Below are positions 26,311 through 38,947 of a stretch of 64,000 bases of DNA, in pieces. A program made the translations under genes and the position numbers. This DNA is from Tubulanus polymorphus (lineage: Eukaryota; Animalia; Nemertea). The DNA is taken from contig NC_134035.1 in assembly GCF_964204645.1 (NCBI RefSeq), forward strand, positions 12,122,451 through 12,186,450, written 5' to 3'. The notes under the pieces were generated by a model, which searched no databases, was not told the origin of the DNA, and saw only the letters and a list, made by a program, of their open reading frames with translations. Position 1 is the first letter of the stretch; each line of letters starts with the position of its first letter.

Positions 26311-26689
26311 ACAAATAGGACGTTAAAACTGTGATTATCGCGATAAGGGCATAGAATGACTCTAACTCGCTTTAAAACGCTTGTTTAATGGATTACCAAA
26401 AGTGCGATAATCCGTGATAATCCGTGATAAGAACCATACTTAAGATAGGCTGTTATGAATCAAGTTCGGTTCGTACGTGGACATAAAACAACACGAAATG
26501 TAAATTAATTTGTTAAAATAAAAGGAGATTGAATGTCACTTCGTTTATCTTGATTTCTCATCAATTCTGCGCTTTTGTCTAGGACCGGAGGAGAATCAAA
26601 TGTATGGAAGGTTCTCCCAGTTGCAGTCATTTTTCTAACTACGAATTTTGACATAATTATCATTTAGTTTCTTTCGCGTGTGCGGTACG

Positions 26690-27003
26690 TGCGTGGCCCA
26701 ACCTTGACGTCACGAGTAAGGTGATCTTTGTATTTATGTATTTTCTAAAAGTCTAATCTTTGATAATCCCAAGAACTATCAATTGCAGTTTTCAATAGTT
26801 ACCCAACTTGCTCCCTAATTCAAGCTCTTTTTCCTGGTACAAAAAAAAATAATAATTGGCAAATGCCGCCACTTATTATATTTCATTGAATCTTCTTTTT
26901 TCCTGCCCGGATATGATTTCTGTAATGTCTATGATCTCGGGAATGTTTCCATCACCATCTATACAATCACGAGCCCTTCCCAAAAATATTTCACCAGCGA
27001 TCG
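26690..27003 (-). repeat. ~320-bp dispersed repeat, right copy (inverted)
   Basis: Reverse-complement match to 21899-22220. Confidence 0.85.
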
Positions 27004-27569
27004 CACCTCCGGGGCTCCATATGTATTGACCAGTCGGATGAGTTGTTGAGGCCACTCATTTCGCTCGAACGAAAAAAATATATTCATTTCTCACCATGTC
27101 CCCTCCGGGGCTCCGTAGGCCTAGTTTATGTGGAAAATACTCCAAAAAGAATTTCTATGTTTTTTTTCCTGTTCCCTTCCATAAAACGCCTATTATAAAT
27201 ATTTTTCAATTTTTTCCTTCGCCCTCCCCGTTAGGCCTCATATGAAGAAATATTTTCAGGAAGATTTTCAGGAAAGTACGAAAGTGCAATAGCACCATGA
27301 TTAACGATTGACGATTGACGATGTCGGCACCGGTATTCCGTTGTATACGGTTGAAGGAAATCATCTAGAACTTAGTGGGATTCGAACCTGTTTAAGAAGT
27401 ATTGAGCGGACTGCTCCGTACATGAACTAACACCCAGCAGCCGGTAACAGCTGATTATTTCTTTTACTTCCGGGTTTCAGAGTAAAGCCGATTAATTATT
27501 TCAATTGAATCGGAAGTTTATCGTATTTAAATCGTTGTCAGCGTCAGAGCGTTTCACCGAGTCGAAACT

Positions 27570-29060
27570 ATGATGCAAAATAGCTGTAGACAGTTGAAAA
27601 ATGTGGCTTGGAAGCTTTCAAATCTTCAGGTAAGCGATACTAGGCCTACATCATCATACGATTTCAACTGTTGTCGTCAGCTATGTGTGAGTCAATGACT
27701 AATGAGTGACACTGTGACTGTCTGTCGTCTGTCTGAAATCAGGGAAATCGGGGAATCCTGACTCTTCTTGAAAATCAGGAAAAAGTTAAGGAATTTTTGG
27801 ATCCAGTTCCACCGTGAGATAAGATTTGATTCAGCAGAGTTTAACATCGAAATGCAACTAATTTTAACTGTGAAACTGTGGAATCCTCGTGTCTTGTTGT
27901 TCTTGCGGGTGATGAGTGGCACAATGAAACATTTGAGAAGAAACTAGTCCCCCCACAGGAGAGCTCGTGATAAGATCATAGAACTTTTGGTTAGGAAATT
28001 TTCAGGGAATATTGGTTAGGGCCTAGGCTGATCTGTAAGAACCCTACTTTAAAATTGGCACCTTAGTCACTTTGTATCTAATGATTTCAATCATGATAAA
28101 TCAATTTGTTTTTTACAGATAATAACAGCAACTACAAGTCTGCTGTGGCAACCGGCAGGTGGCGCTTTCATTCAACTGAGGAACAAATCCGCTTTGACGG
28201 CCGTAATCACGAAACAGATCAACCAAAACTTCGAACTACGAACGCTCGACCCGGTCGACACTGACGTCAATCGTAAGAAACCGTTGGTGATCCTCTACGC
28301 TTGGCTGGCTGCCAAAAAATCGCATACGAAGAAATACGCCGATTTCTACCTGGGACGAGGCTTCGACGTTTTGAACGTGTGCATCGAACCGATGCAGCTG
28401 CTGCGTCCGAAGAGAGCGCGACTGATCATTCATCAGATCATCAATTACGTGCGCGAGGATCGTTTGAAAGATCAGCCGATATTAACGCACGGTTTCTCCG
28501 TCGGCGGTTACCTGTACGGTGAACTACTGATCAAACTGACGTCCGACCCCGACCGACATCGAGATATAATCGCTCGTCTGATTGGTCAGATATTCGACAG
28601 TCCGGTCGATTTCGACGGAATCCCCGACGGAATTTCGAAAGCGATCACGACGAATCGGATTTTGCGACGCGTCCTTCGCGAATCGCTCGCTTTTTACAAG
28701 TCGACGTTCACGAATCAGATGATTCCGTATATCGAATCGGCGCGCACGTTCAAAGAGAATCGGCTCGCGATTCCGTCGTTGATGCTCTTCTCGCGCGCCG
28801 ACCCGATCTCGGACGCGGAGGAGATCGCGTCGGTTGCCGACCAGTGGCGCCGCCGCGGTATCGACGTTTATACTCGGTGCTGGTTGAATTCGCCGCACGT
28901 CAGTCACATGCGATACAACTACGACGAATACGTGCGTATTCTCGACGACTTCCTGTCGAGCATCGGCGTACAGGCAGAGACACCTAGCGACGAGGTCATC
29001 AAACAGAAGGCGAGGCCGATCGAAATCAAACAACACGTCGCTGATCGAATTAAACAGTAA
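27570..29060 (+). CDS. TMEM53/DUF829-family alpha/beta-hydrolase-fold protein, 2 exons, ~333 aa
   Basis: Exon 27570-27629 (CAG|GTAAGC) plus exon 28119-29060, in frame. Family motifs PLVILYAWL, HGFSVGG, QIFDSP, LFSRADP, SPHVSH. Confidence 0.88.
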
Positions 29061-29284
29061 ATACAAGCGAACTAACATTAGAAATCTCTCTCTGACTTTA
29101 GATGCGCCGTAATGGATGTAATGAACATTTGCGACTTCAGTTCATTTTCTTACAAAAAAACATCCTAGGACCTGGCCCAACGCAGGACCAGGGCCAGGGC
29201 TTCGACCTGGGCAATACTGACCCAGTGCAGGACCTGCATCTGAACAGAGATTAATCTTATTCCTAATGAATGGTAATGAACCAT

Positions 29285-29600
29285 GGGCCGGTTACACAGT
29301 CAGGGCTTTAGACTTAAGACCAATTCAAGACCTTCTAATCTTAGTTCTGTAGTCGATCTACAACTTCAGTCTTAAGATTTTAGACTACTTTTTGACGGTG
29401 TTACCAGCCCCTGAGTCTAAAGCGCCCTACTGATAAGTTAGTCCCAACTTAAGACAACTAACAAGGTCTCAGCTATGGAAGCGGCCCCAGGGTTCGTACA
29501 GTTGTGACCGAATGTGGTCTTAAATCATAAGACTGGTCTTTAGTTGTTAGAGTGTCTGTAAAACTAAAATGGTCTATAAATCATAAGTGTGCAACTCACT
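29285..29600. mobile_element. Cluster of degenerate short MITEs downstream of the TMEM53-like gene (related relic at ~56047-56170)
   Basis: Imperfect palindromes rich in cttaagac/gtcttaag, with ggccggtt..cacag / ccagcccctg-type ends. Confidence 0.45.
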
Positions 29601-32600
29601 CGTGAATCCAAACTAGATTAATGTTTTACCGCATTTTAAAATTTTACCAGTTATTAATTATTAATCGAGGAAGAATGAATAATCTGTCTCACTCCTCAAT
29701 CAATTCTAGTTCAATTCGATGTATTTTTTATTTTTCTCAATTTTGAATGTACTCGAAATTTATCCTATCTATAAAGTATAATAGGTGCATTTTGAATCCT
29801 TGACTTTTCTATATGCTGTTGTTCTATATACATGTAGTTAGATGCTATCCAATCAGGCTTGAACTAGGCTATCAGCTGGTGCATTGTATTAATTAGAGTA
29901 TTCATACATTCATGGTCTAGGTCTCTGAAAGATCGTCAGCATTTTTACTACCAAGTGAAAAATACTTTTTCTCCCTTAGTTAATGCAATACGTGTCGTAA
30001 TTTACTTCAACATTTCAGGGTGCCTCAACATACCGGTGTATCATAAATGTATTTGTATCAGGGATGAAGAAGTTTAGCTTGAAAGTTGACTGAAAATTCA
30101 GAGTGGAAATTTTTCATGTAAATAATGATAAGAATGTCATTAACCGGTGGATAGTTCATATATCTATTGATATAAATTACCCTTTCTTAACAGTCCATAA
30201 GAGGTCATGATAACCTGATATTTTTAATTCAAATATTTGTCATTTACTGTACATGTATTATAAACCATGCTTTTGTTTTATCGCAGAACAGGTTTTACTA
30301 CATGTGTATTTCAGTATAATTGTCGCGCACGCAGATTTCAAATGTTCTAGTCCGAATAGATGAAACGAAGTTTTGTATCTATTTCTGAAGTTTACGGTGA
30401 TTGTTAGTGATGAATGGTTAATAGGCTCGTGGGTATTTGATACCGGTTCAAAGAACAGCTTTCGATGTTTTTACTGATATTTTTTTGACAATATTCGTGT
30501 CGTTTGATTGTGGTGAAAAATTATCATCAAATGAAATTAAATATGATTTGAATTAAATTCAAGGATGAATGAATTTCGCCGACTTGTTGACTTTTCATGT
30601 TTGTTTGTTCAATTGAAGTGCCGGAATGCAGTCTATCGTTCAAGGTCCAATTCATAGGTCGATCGCAGCAATTCGCTGTTTACTGAAATGACAAAACAAA
30701 AAACTTGAAGTTGATCGTGAAAAATAAGTGCGGAAAAATATGCTCGCTAAATTTACATTACGATAGAGCAGTTGATGCTCGGCCGCCCAATTTTTGGGAA
30801 ACGATTCTTCGTTGAATTGGAAAATGCCGAGTGTCAGTTATTACTGGGATCGAATCCGGAACACACTTGTACATCCTCTATTCAGCATCAGGACCACTCT
30901 GAATCAGTGTCAGTAATTATGGGTTAATAGAATGCTGCTGCTGCTGTTTCTTCTAGTATAAATGCAGCTGCAGATTTTCACATCAAAGGAATGAAACCTT
31001 AGCGAATGGTTTTAGAAATTTTGAAACGAACATGCAAAGTCTGGATGATTGAGTCTATTTAATTAATTTATCTAATAATGATCGTAAAACTCTTAGAAAT
31101 AAAACTTTTAATTTGCCATATATTCTTTCTGTGGCATGTGAGTTAGCCGCTTCGCCGAATGCTTATACATTCGCTGAGCAAAGAGTACTATCAAAAGTGG
31201 CTTGAAAGTCGATTGCAAAAGCAAATTCCCATAAGATGAATGTATCACGTTGATACAACTATTTATTTTGAACGAAATGGGGTTGAGTGATGAATGAAAT
31301 TTTACTTATCTGATTTTTGAGGATATCTGCATTCCTCGCATGCCACAGTAGAATCGCGTGGCTGTATTAGTTCTAGATCGTTCAGTGCTGCCCAAATGAA
31401 TAACGATAGCGGGATTTCCGTGAACTAAAATAAATGCGCACATTTACCGCCGGAGTATAAATATCCTTATTACATACAATACGGACAACCGTGAGGCCTA
31501 ATTCTAATGAAAAATGATGCTATAAATCCGTACTGAATTCTAGATGATATTTTCCATACTTTTCAGACGACAAAATTCTATTCTTTAGCATAAACCCACT
31601 TGCTTATCAATTAAATACTAGTCCGGTTATACGCAGAAGGAATTATTCATTAACATTTTCTAATGCTCATTCATCAAAAACATTGAAAAAACTTCTAAGT
31701 TTTCCTTCCATGATATATTTTGGCGAGAAAATAACCCACGTAGAATACGGTACTCTTTAGACCACGTAGAATACGGTTTAAAAAACCCCTTCTCCCTATG
31801 AAAATACACCGATAGAAAGTTATTCTTTTAAGACTAATTGTAGTTTTACTTCTGTTTTGAAGTCTTCAAGTTTTTAAGAGAACTGTCGGAGTGCTCCCTC
31901 GAAATCCATGACTCATGAAACAAAAGGCGCACGATTGACGTTACCGGACTTAAGCAAAGCATTTTTAACTGGAGTAAAAAGTCAACAGCTGACGGTCGTT
32001 CGTCGGTGGATTGTGTCGTGGATGAATTTCATCATTAATTGAATAAAAGCCGTTTGAGTATCCTGAGATGAATAATAAGCTTTTCGCTCTCATAAATAAC
32101 TCGTTGAAAGTGGTTTTTGTGCCTCGGGGTGGAGAAGGTGGTTGGTTACGGGGCGAGTGCTTCTATTGCCACTCTCAAAAACCTTTTAATATAAAACGAT
32201 ATTTGAAACACTTAACGTGAAACGAAACAAATGGATGTGTCTAAAAGTATACAATTTTAACTATATTGATTTATAAACATTTATGGATGGGCTCGTATGG
32301 ATTTTGTCGTTTTATTAGGTTTTGTTATTTATACAAAAAAAGGATGATCGTGGACACAATTCTATATACAACTCGGTGCACACGCATCAATTTGATAATC
32401 CTAGGACAGAACTCGTTCTTCTAATTACACTGTAGAGTTAACTATAAAACCCTACACGCTGTGTAGAAAGTGTTTCCGAAAAGATGACGAAGAATATGAA
32501 CTTTGTTGCGAGGCGTTTATTTTATTCTGCCAAGATAACATTATGATGGCCGATGCTATGATAAAAAGGTCTTGCAGTCATATACCTTTTCGACATATTG

Positions 32601-32648
32601 GTTGGCTTACACAACAACAACAAGAAATTTAAATGACAGACCCTCCTG

Positions 32649-32756
32649 GGCCAAGTTCCACAGTTGTGAGTTAGAGTTAACTCTGAGTTAAAATCAGTTC
32701 ATTTTCAATGAGTTAACTCAGAATTAAATCTTAACTCGGAACTGTGGAACTGGACC
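32649..32756. mobile_element. 108-bp Harbinger-type MITE (CWG TSD), copy A
   Basis: Palindromic GGCCAAGTTCCACAGTT...AACTGTGGAACTGGACC, with CTG on both sides. Confidence 0.8.
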
Positions 32757-32958
32757 CTGAAGTTTTGTAAATCCCCTGATTGTCTCTCGTTGTTAAGCAA
32801 AGTAAGTCTCCGGCACTGGCTGGCACAAAACAACGACGTCACGTTCAGGACGTCGATTGCCGTGAAGACCAGAGAAGCAGCGTAAACCTCCTGGTAGGAA
32901 TAAACCTAAAACCTTCTGATATGTAGGTTCTCATTTGTTGGAGCTGAGTCGCTTCAAA

Positions 32959-33945
32959 TCATTTGTAAGAGCGGCACTTCAGAACTGCCGATAAAGCTTT
33001 ACGAATTTCGCGACCGCTGACTATGTACAAATAGAAATTAATAACGTTATTCGTTATATACAAAAACTTAAAAAGATCGTCATAAATGAGTAAGTACTTG
33101 GCGGCAGCTTCCGGTGCGAAACTGGCGACTAAAACTAACAAATCAGTTGGGAATAACAACACGACGAACGTACAACTGACCGTCAGTAACATGACGGTTA
33201 TTTGTTTTACTTTTGAATCGGTGTTGTCGTTCGTTCCTCGACCGGTCATTTTCGTCGAGCGAATCAGCGTGAGAATAGTGATAGAATTCAACGTGAACAC
33301 TAACACGCTGGTGCCTATCGTGAAGATACCCACCGCTAATATCGTGTGCGTTCGATTCGCGTTCTCGGTGTAAAAACAGCCGTAACCGGGCTCGAAACTG
33401 GTCGTAAACAGATTCTCGATGGTGACGATGATGATGACGCCGAACTGACCGGCGACGATCAGTTTACTGGAGCGAGCCGTGCAGATTCTACCGGCCGCGA
33501 ACGGAAAACAAACGGCTACGAATCTTTCGACGGACACGATACCGATACTAGTGAAACTGCCGGCGTTCGCGACGTACATGTAAAAATTGACGAATTTGCA
33601 AGCGACCGTCGAAAAACGTACGATAGACTTCCCTGCGATGTTGAATCGGATCAGGTTGACCCAAGCGAGCAGCGGACCCGTTAGCGAGACGAGGTCGTAC
33701 ACGGCCAACGCCGCCAGATAGTTAGCGTAAGAATGATGACGTATTTTACTCGAACACGTCATCACGACGAACGCCGCTACGTTTCCCGGAAACCCGGCAA
33801 CGAATAGAATTCCGTAAGATACGACAAACGTGAACAGCGTTAACTCGTTGATAGGTTGTTGCGGAAACACTTCGATGAATTTGATCCAGAATGGTCGATA
33901 CAAAAACACAACAGTTGTGTTACTATGAACTGATGCCGGAGCCAT
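32959..33945 (-). CDS. Intronless rhodopsin-like (class A) orphan GPCR, FMRFamide/sex-peptide-receptor-like group, 328 aa
   Basis: Seven hydrophobic segments; GN in TM1, YLAALAVYD in TM2, ERFVAVCFP (DRY variant), FVVLLFP in TM6, INFYLY (NPxxY variant). Confidence 0.9.
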   Translation of the reverse strand: MAPASVHSNTTVVFLYRPFWIKFIEVFPQQPINELTLFTFVVSYGILFVAGFPGNVAAFVVMTCSSKIRHHSYANYLAALAVYDLVSLTGPLLAWVNLIRFNIAGKSIVRFSTVACKFVNFYMYVANAGSFTSIGIVSVERFVAVCFPFAAGRICTARSSKLIVAGQFGVIIIVTIENLFTTSFEPGYGCFYTENANRTHTILAVGIFTIGTSVLVFTLNSITILTLIRSTKMTGRGTNDNTDSKVKQITVMLLTVSCTFVVLLFPTDLLVLVASFAPEAAAKYLLIYDDLFKFLYITNNVINFYLYIVSGREIRKALSAVLKCRSYK

Positions 33946-35557
33946 TGTGGCGATGAGGAAGAGACGACGTCAAAATATCAACGATTTACATTCATTCGAA
34001 CAATATGACTTAAGCCGCAAACGTGAACGTGCTACAACCTTAAATAGCAGTTCATTTATCTATCCGCCTAATGGGGTACCCGCGAAACCAGCTATACCAC
34101 CAGATGGCGCGACAAGCAGTAGGTCGTGTGTTGTCAAAATTAGTTCATTTTCAATGACCTTTGAACTGGATTTTTGAACTCCTCAATCCATATACTATCA
34201 CAGCACCTACCAATATACAATACTTTCATTCTTCTAATCGGATATCGGTAAAGTTTCCAAAAATGATTCATTCATTTAAGAGAAAAGTTAATTTAGGTTT
34301 AATTGAAATGTAGACGAAATCGAACCTGGACGACCAACTATCTACTAGCGACACCTGGCGGATCCTCGCCTGCCATACGTGGAATCCTCGATTGCCACAG
34401 TAGCACTGCGGGTACCCCATTGAAGTCGACGAAATACAACACAATACAATAAACTTTATTGTTCCTTAATGAACATAAAATTATAATACAATAGAATACA
34501 AAAAGAAAGAAAATGAAATACGGAAAATAGGAAACAATCACAGAGAAATTATTGTATTACTTCGGTATTACACCAAACAGTTTCGAGTTCCTAATAAAAA
34601 AACAGTCAGAAATAAATAAGCTGAAAATACTACTCTATAGAAAGGCTACTTTGTCCGTATTACAATTATAGTTAAAATCAAATGTAATGATAGCGCTTTA
34701 TCGTATATTAGATCTTTTCAAAGATTTTCATACTTATAGCATTTCTTTTGACCTTTCCATAATTCCCATATATCCGATCGACTCATCCGTGACTCTTTGC
34801 ATTTCATCGCTGCACCTGGAGCCGTAACACATGGGCTTCATAAGAATTCAAATTCTCATAAATTCAACTTTTAGATGTTGAGATTTTGCTTTGTTTTTAC
34901 GGATTTCACTAAATATCGAGATAGTATTGATTCCGAACAAAGACAAGTGTTACACCAGTCCTCACATGAGCATCGGAACCATCGTCTTAAAGCTGTTCAT
35001 TCTCATATCAATCATTTTCAATATTTCATTTGTATCATATCTTTTTTGTGAAACCAACAGTAATTGGTTCATTGCTTTCTCAAAAGTCTTCAACTAAAGA
35101 AACCAGTTGATTCTTCTCCTCTCAACTAGGTAGATCGGGAGATCGTTTGCCGGCCTGCCTTATAGATAGTTTATTATTAAATACCAAATCTTATAATTTC
35201 CGATGTGTGTGACAGGGCGGGGTCTTAAAGGTTTTTACTTTCATGCATGTGAGTTTTGTAGGTTATCAATTAAGATTACCAGCACGCGTTCCGTGGAGAT
35301 GCTGCCTAATTATATTCCGCTTTTAAACTGAATACGTGTAACAATTCTCGACGCCCAAAAAGAGAAGACTTAGAACAAACATCACGCAGTTCCTTGGCCG
35401 ATGATTGGTTGAATTGATTGCGATTGCGCCCAACAGAAATAGGTGCGTTCGGTTTTATAGATACTGTTCAATTCAAGGGAATAACCATTAATTCAAACAG
35501 TCAGGACGCTAAAGGGACCTCATCTGAACGAATTCAACCAAGACTTCAATCAACAAA

Positions 35558-38437
35558 ATGAGAATTGCACCAGCTTGTCTTCGTAAGTAAAATCATATTC
35601 AGAATCTCGAGAGCGTATACAGTGGTTTTGATATCAAAACAAGATACGACAAGATATAAGATGATTTTATTACTCTCCGATCATTTCCATGGTATGTGGA
35701 TGGAAAGTGTATAGGTTTTTTTTTCAAATCTACATGTGCGCATATACAAAAAGAAAAGAGAAAATATATTCTAAACCATCCATAACAAAGTAACGTATAC
35801 ATTAAATTTACTCACCTACCATTTCCCTGGTAAACCGAGGGAAACATAGATGTGTTTACAAAAAATATTCACTGGAGAGAGAAATAAAGCGTAACAAGGT
35901 AATCTGCGATTTAAAAAATGAATTGAATTTTGCTGAATTTTGCTGATTGGAAATATGTAATCTGTAATGTTTTACCCTTTCTTTCAGTTGCTACCTTATT
36001 GGTGATAGGCATTAAGGGTCCCATGGCCAGAAATAAAGAATACCAAACGATAGATATGGGAAACGTGAGCTACACGTACGCAATGCCTTCTCTTCTCGAT
36101 AACACATCTCTCGCATGTTACAGACCTGACAACCCTGCCTGTTACTGCGACACGGAATGCGCGCTTTTCGGACTGTGTTGTGATCGTATATCGTGTCCTC
36201 AACTTCCTACGATTCAACAACCACAACTTTACCATCCGAAATACAAGTATTTGACGTGTAAAAAAATGGTGCCGAACGACGAACCGATTTGGGTGATCGA
36301 TACGTGTCCAGCTGACTATACGGACGAATATATTAAAAAACAATGCGAACAATGGAGTCTAGTTGACTATCACTTGAATGTGCCACTTAAATATGACTCT
36401 TTTACATATAGAAATCGATATTGCGCTATGTGTCACGGGTTATCACCAACTACTGGTGATTTTCACCTTCCCGTCATTGTTTGTCCGTTGGAGTCGCAAA
36501 CGATAGCCGGCTTTTACCTGTACTACGGACACGCGACGGAACTGGCCATCGGTCAGGTTCCGCCGACTTGCGAATTACGATATACCACGCTTGATGGGGA
36601 TGACTGGAGATGCTCTGAAGACTGGTTTAATGTGACGTCATACGATCTGACGTCATCAAAAGTTGAAGTTGCCTCAAAAGAGATCAGGCAAAAATCTGTA
36701 ATGTCCGACGATTGTATCCGATGTCTAGCCTTATCGGGTAGAACCATCTCACGCTTGGAAACAGAAACGAAAATCGTAACTTATAGAAATTTCCACTGTC
36801 TCAAGTGTATTCACGGCGATCAGTTTGACAATCGTCCAATTATGTGCATTGAATCGGTGAAGAATACGACTGGCGAAAGAAACGGTTTGAAAATACTGTT
36901 CGATTTGTCATATACGATGCAGAGTTTTGCGTACAAACCGTCGCGGTGTTTAGACACGGCTGGAAATAACTGCACGAAGCGATGTGACAACGAAAACACG
37001 TGTCAACATCGATTGTACGATTTGAAATTAAACGTTACGATTAGATTATCGTTCGTTTACATTCTCGACCGCAATGCAACGATCGGAACGGCAAAAATCG
37101 ATGAAATGGTGGGCAGCGCGTACCGATGCGGCAGGTACGACGAGACCATTACCGAAACTCAATCATCGCGCGACGATAAGGATTTCCACACAAGAACAAT
37201 CTCGTTATATTATTCAACTGGTATCCCGTATTTTACAGAAAAATTACAAGTCCTCACCGTCGGACATGTCAAACAGATCTTAGATAGGAACAAACGGCTG
37301 ATCGGTTGTATATACCGCGCCGGGACCGTGATGTACATGAGCGAATCTATCTCGGTAGAACCTCTTAGCCGTACAGACATTGAGTGTCAATCTTCTGTAT
37401 TTGAAGGCGTGCCGGATCAGTTGGTGAACATCGACACGAATACGATTGCGATATTCCAGTCGAAATTAACCGCTAGATACAGCTTTTCCCGTTACCAATC
37501 TTGTAAATTAATCGGTTGCGTTGACGATCGCACGTGCAAACCGCCGATAGATTATCTGTCATTCTGGGTCACATTTATCGGTAGTAGTTTGTCTGTTGTA
37601 AGTTTGTCGTTCACCATTATAATCTACTTAACGATACCGGCGCTGTTGACAACTCCCGGAAAGTTGGTCGTCAATTTGTTCATCTCGTTGTTGTTCAGTC
37701 ACGTGTTGCTGATGTCGATGATGGGACACGAGAGGGAGTTGATCTGCGTCTGGTTCGGTATCGTTAAACACTATTTCTGGTTGGTCGTTTTCGCTTCGAT
37801 GAACGTGAACGCGTTGCATTTAGCCGCTACTTTCGTCGGCGATGTTCCCGTACATTCCTCTTCATCGTCCCGGCGTGCCGTATCGACGAACGATCGCCGC
37901 AGACTCGTTAAGTATCTTCTATACGCCTGGCTCACTCCGATTGTCATTGTCGGTTTGTGCGCTTTTCTGCATTTCTCTGATGGCACCAGTTTACACAATC
38001 GAGTATACGGCAATCCGCTGCTATGCTGGATTACTGATACTGGAGTCCTGTTATTCGGTTATACTCTAATTTGTGCCCTCGTCCTTGTCGTTAATATATT
38101 CATGTTCGCGTGTATCGTAGTGTGTATTTGTCGCACCAAAAGAAACGTCAGCACGCATAATCCACGACACCGAACCAAACTAGCCGAGTTAGCCATTTTC
38201 ACTAGGATCTTTTTACTGCTCGGTTTGACGTGGGTTATCGGGGTTTTGAATACTGTCCTCGCTAGCGACGCTGTTTGGTATCTGTTCGAGATATTCAACT
38301 CGACTCAAGGCGTTTGGATCATGATTTCGTTCGTGTTGAATCAACGCGTTGTTGGTTTGATTCGTGAAAGGAGACGCGAATGGAGAATGTCCGGATCCCG
38401 CAGTTCACCGCCACATACTGAAACGTCACGGTTTTAA
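35558..38437 (+). CDS. Methuselah-like/adhesion-like class B (7tm_2) GPCR with a Cys-rich ectodomain, 2 coding exons, ~824 aa
   Basis: Micro-exon 35558-35582 (ATG...CTT C|GTAAGT) splices in phase to the acceptor at 35988, giving the signal peptide MRIAPACLLATLLVIGIKG. Somatomedin-B-like CYCDTECALFGLCC. 7TM motifs: TPGKLVVNL, HYFWLVVFASMNV, YAWLTP, CWI, LLGLTWVIG, NSTQGVWI. Confidence 0.88.
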
Positions 38438-38651
38438 ACCACGCCTCGCCCGGCCTCTTATACTTGTTCAATATTTGACTTTGATTTCTAAAAGCTCGAC
38501 CTAAGTCGCACGCAGTGATCAGTCAGGTCAAATATAGTATTTTAGATCGTTTAATTTGGATGCAAACATCACGATAACTGTTTTTAACGTGAAGATCGGT
38601 TTGTTTTGTTTCGGTTCGTTGTGATGTGTTACAGTCGTTTCTAAACGCCTG

Positions 38652-38759
38652 GGTCCAGTTCAACAGTTCTGAGTTAAGATTTGACTCTGAGTTAACTCAT
38701 TGAAAATGAACTAACTTTAACTCAGAGTTAACTCTAACTCACAACTGTGGAACTGGGTC
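38652..38759. mobile_element. 108-bp Harbinger-type MITE, copy B (reverse orientation)
   Basis: Reverse complement of copy A; CTG TSD. Confidence 0.8.
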
Positions 38760-38835
38760 CTGTGGCTGTTTTGCCGCTCATCTGACTTGCATAATCAGAC
38801 AACAAAATATTGAGAACCCCACTAATATAGTGTCG

Positions 38836-38947
38836 AGAATTAGATTCCGAAAAGTTCCCTTATTGATTCGACGTTTCGACTATAACCTGATAGCCATCTT
38901 CAGGAAGATAAAACTTTTCGGATTACGTACATCTTTCTTCGTTATAC
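38836..38947. mobile_element. Penelope-like remnant with a minus-strand hammerhead motif (38867-38906), same family as 10183-10377
   Basis: UUC-CUGAAGA-U-GGCUAU-CAGGUU-AUAGUC-GAAAC-GUC-GAA. Flanking inverted repeat ccgaaaagtt/aacttttcgg. TSD tagtgtcg at 38828-38835 and 38948-38955. Confidence 0.62.

Noticed and set aside
28524-29078. 184-aa minus-strand ORF (and similar antisense ORFs over RERG, both single-block GPCRs, the sHSP and the MCT)
   Set aside because: Shadow ORFs opposite GC-rich real exons, with no recognisable motifs.
34700-35097. Minus-strand stretch with coding-like composition between the two GPCR genes
   Set aside because: Short frames broken by stops, with no identifiable homology.
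35930-35987. ORF-track N-terminus MLNFADWKY... of the 835-aa ORF
   Set aside because: It starts at TTG and lies in a polypyrimidine tract ending in an acceptor at 35987; micro-exon 35558-35582 supplies a proper ATG and signal peptide.
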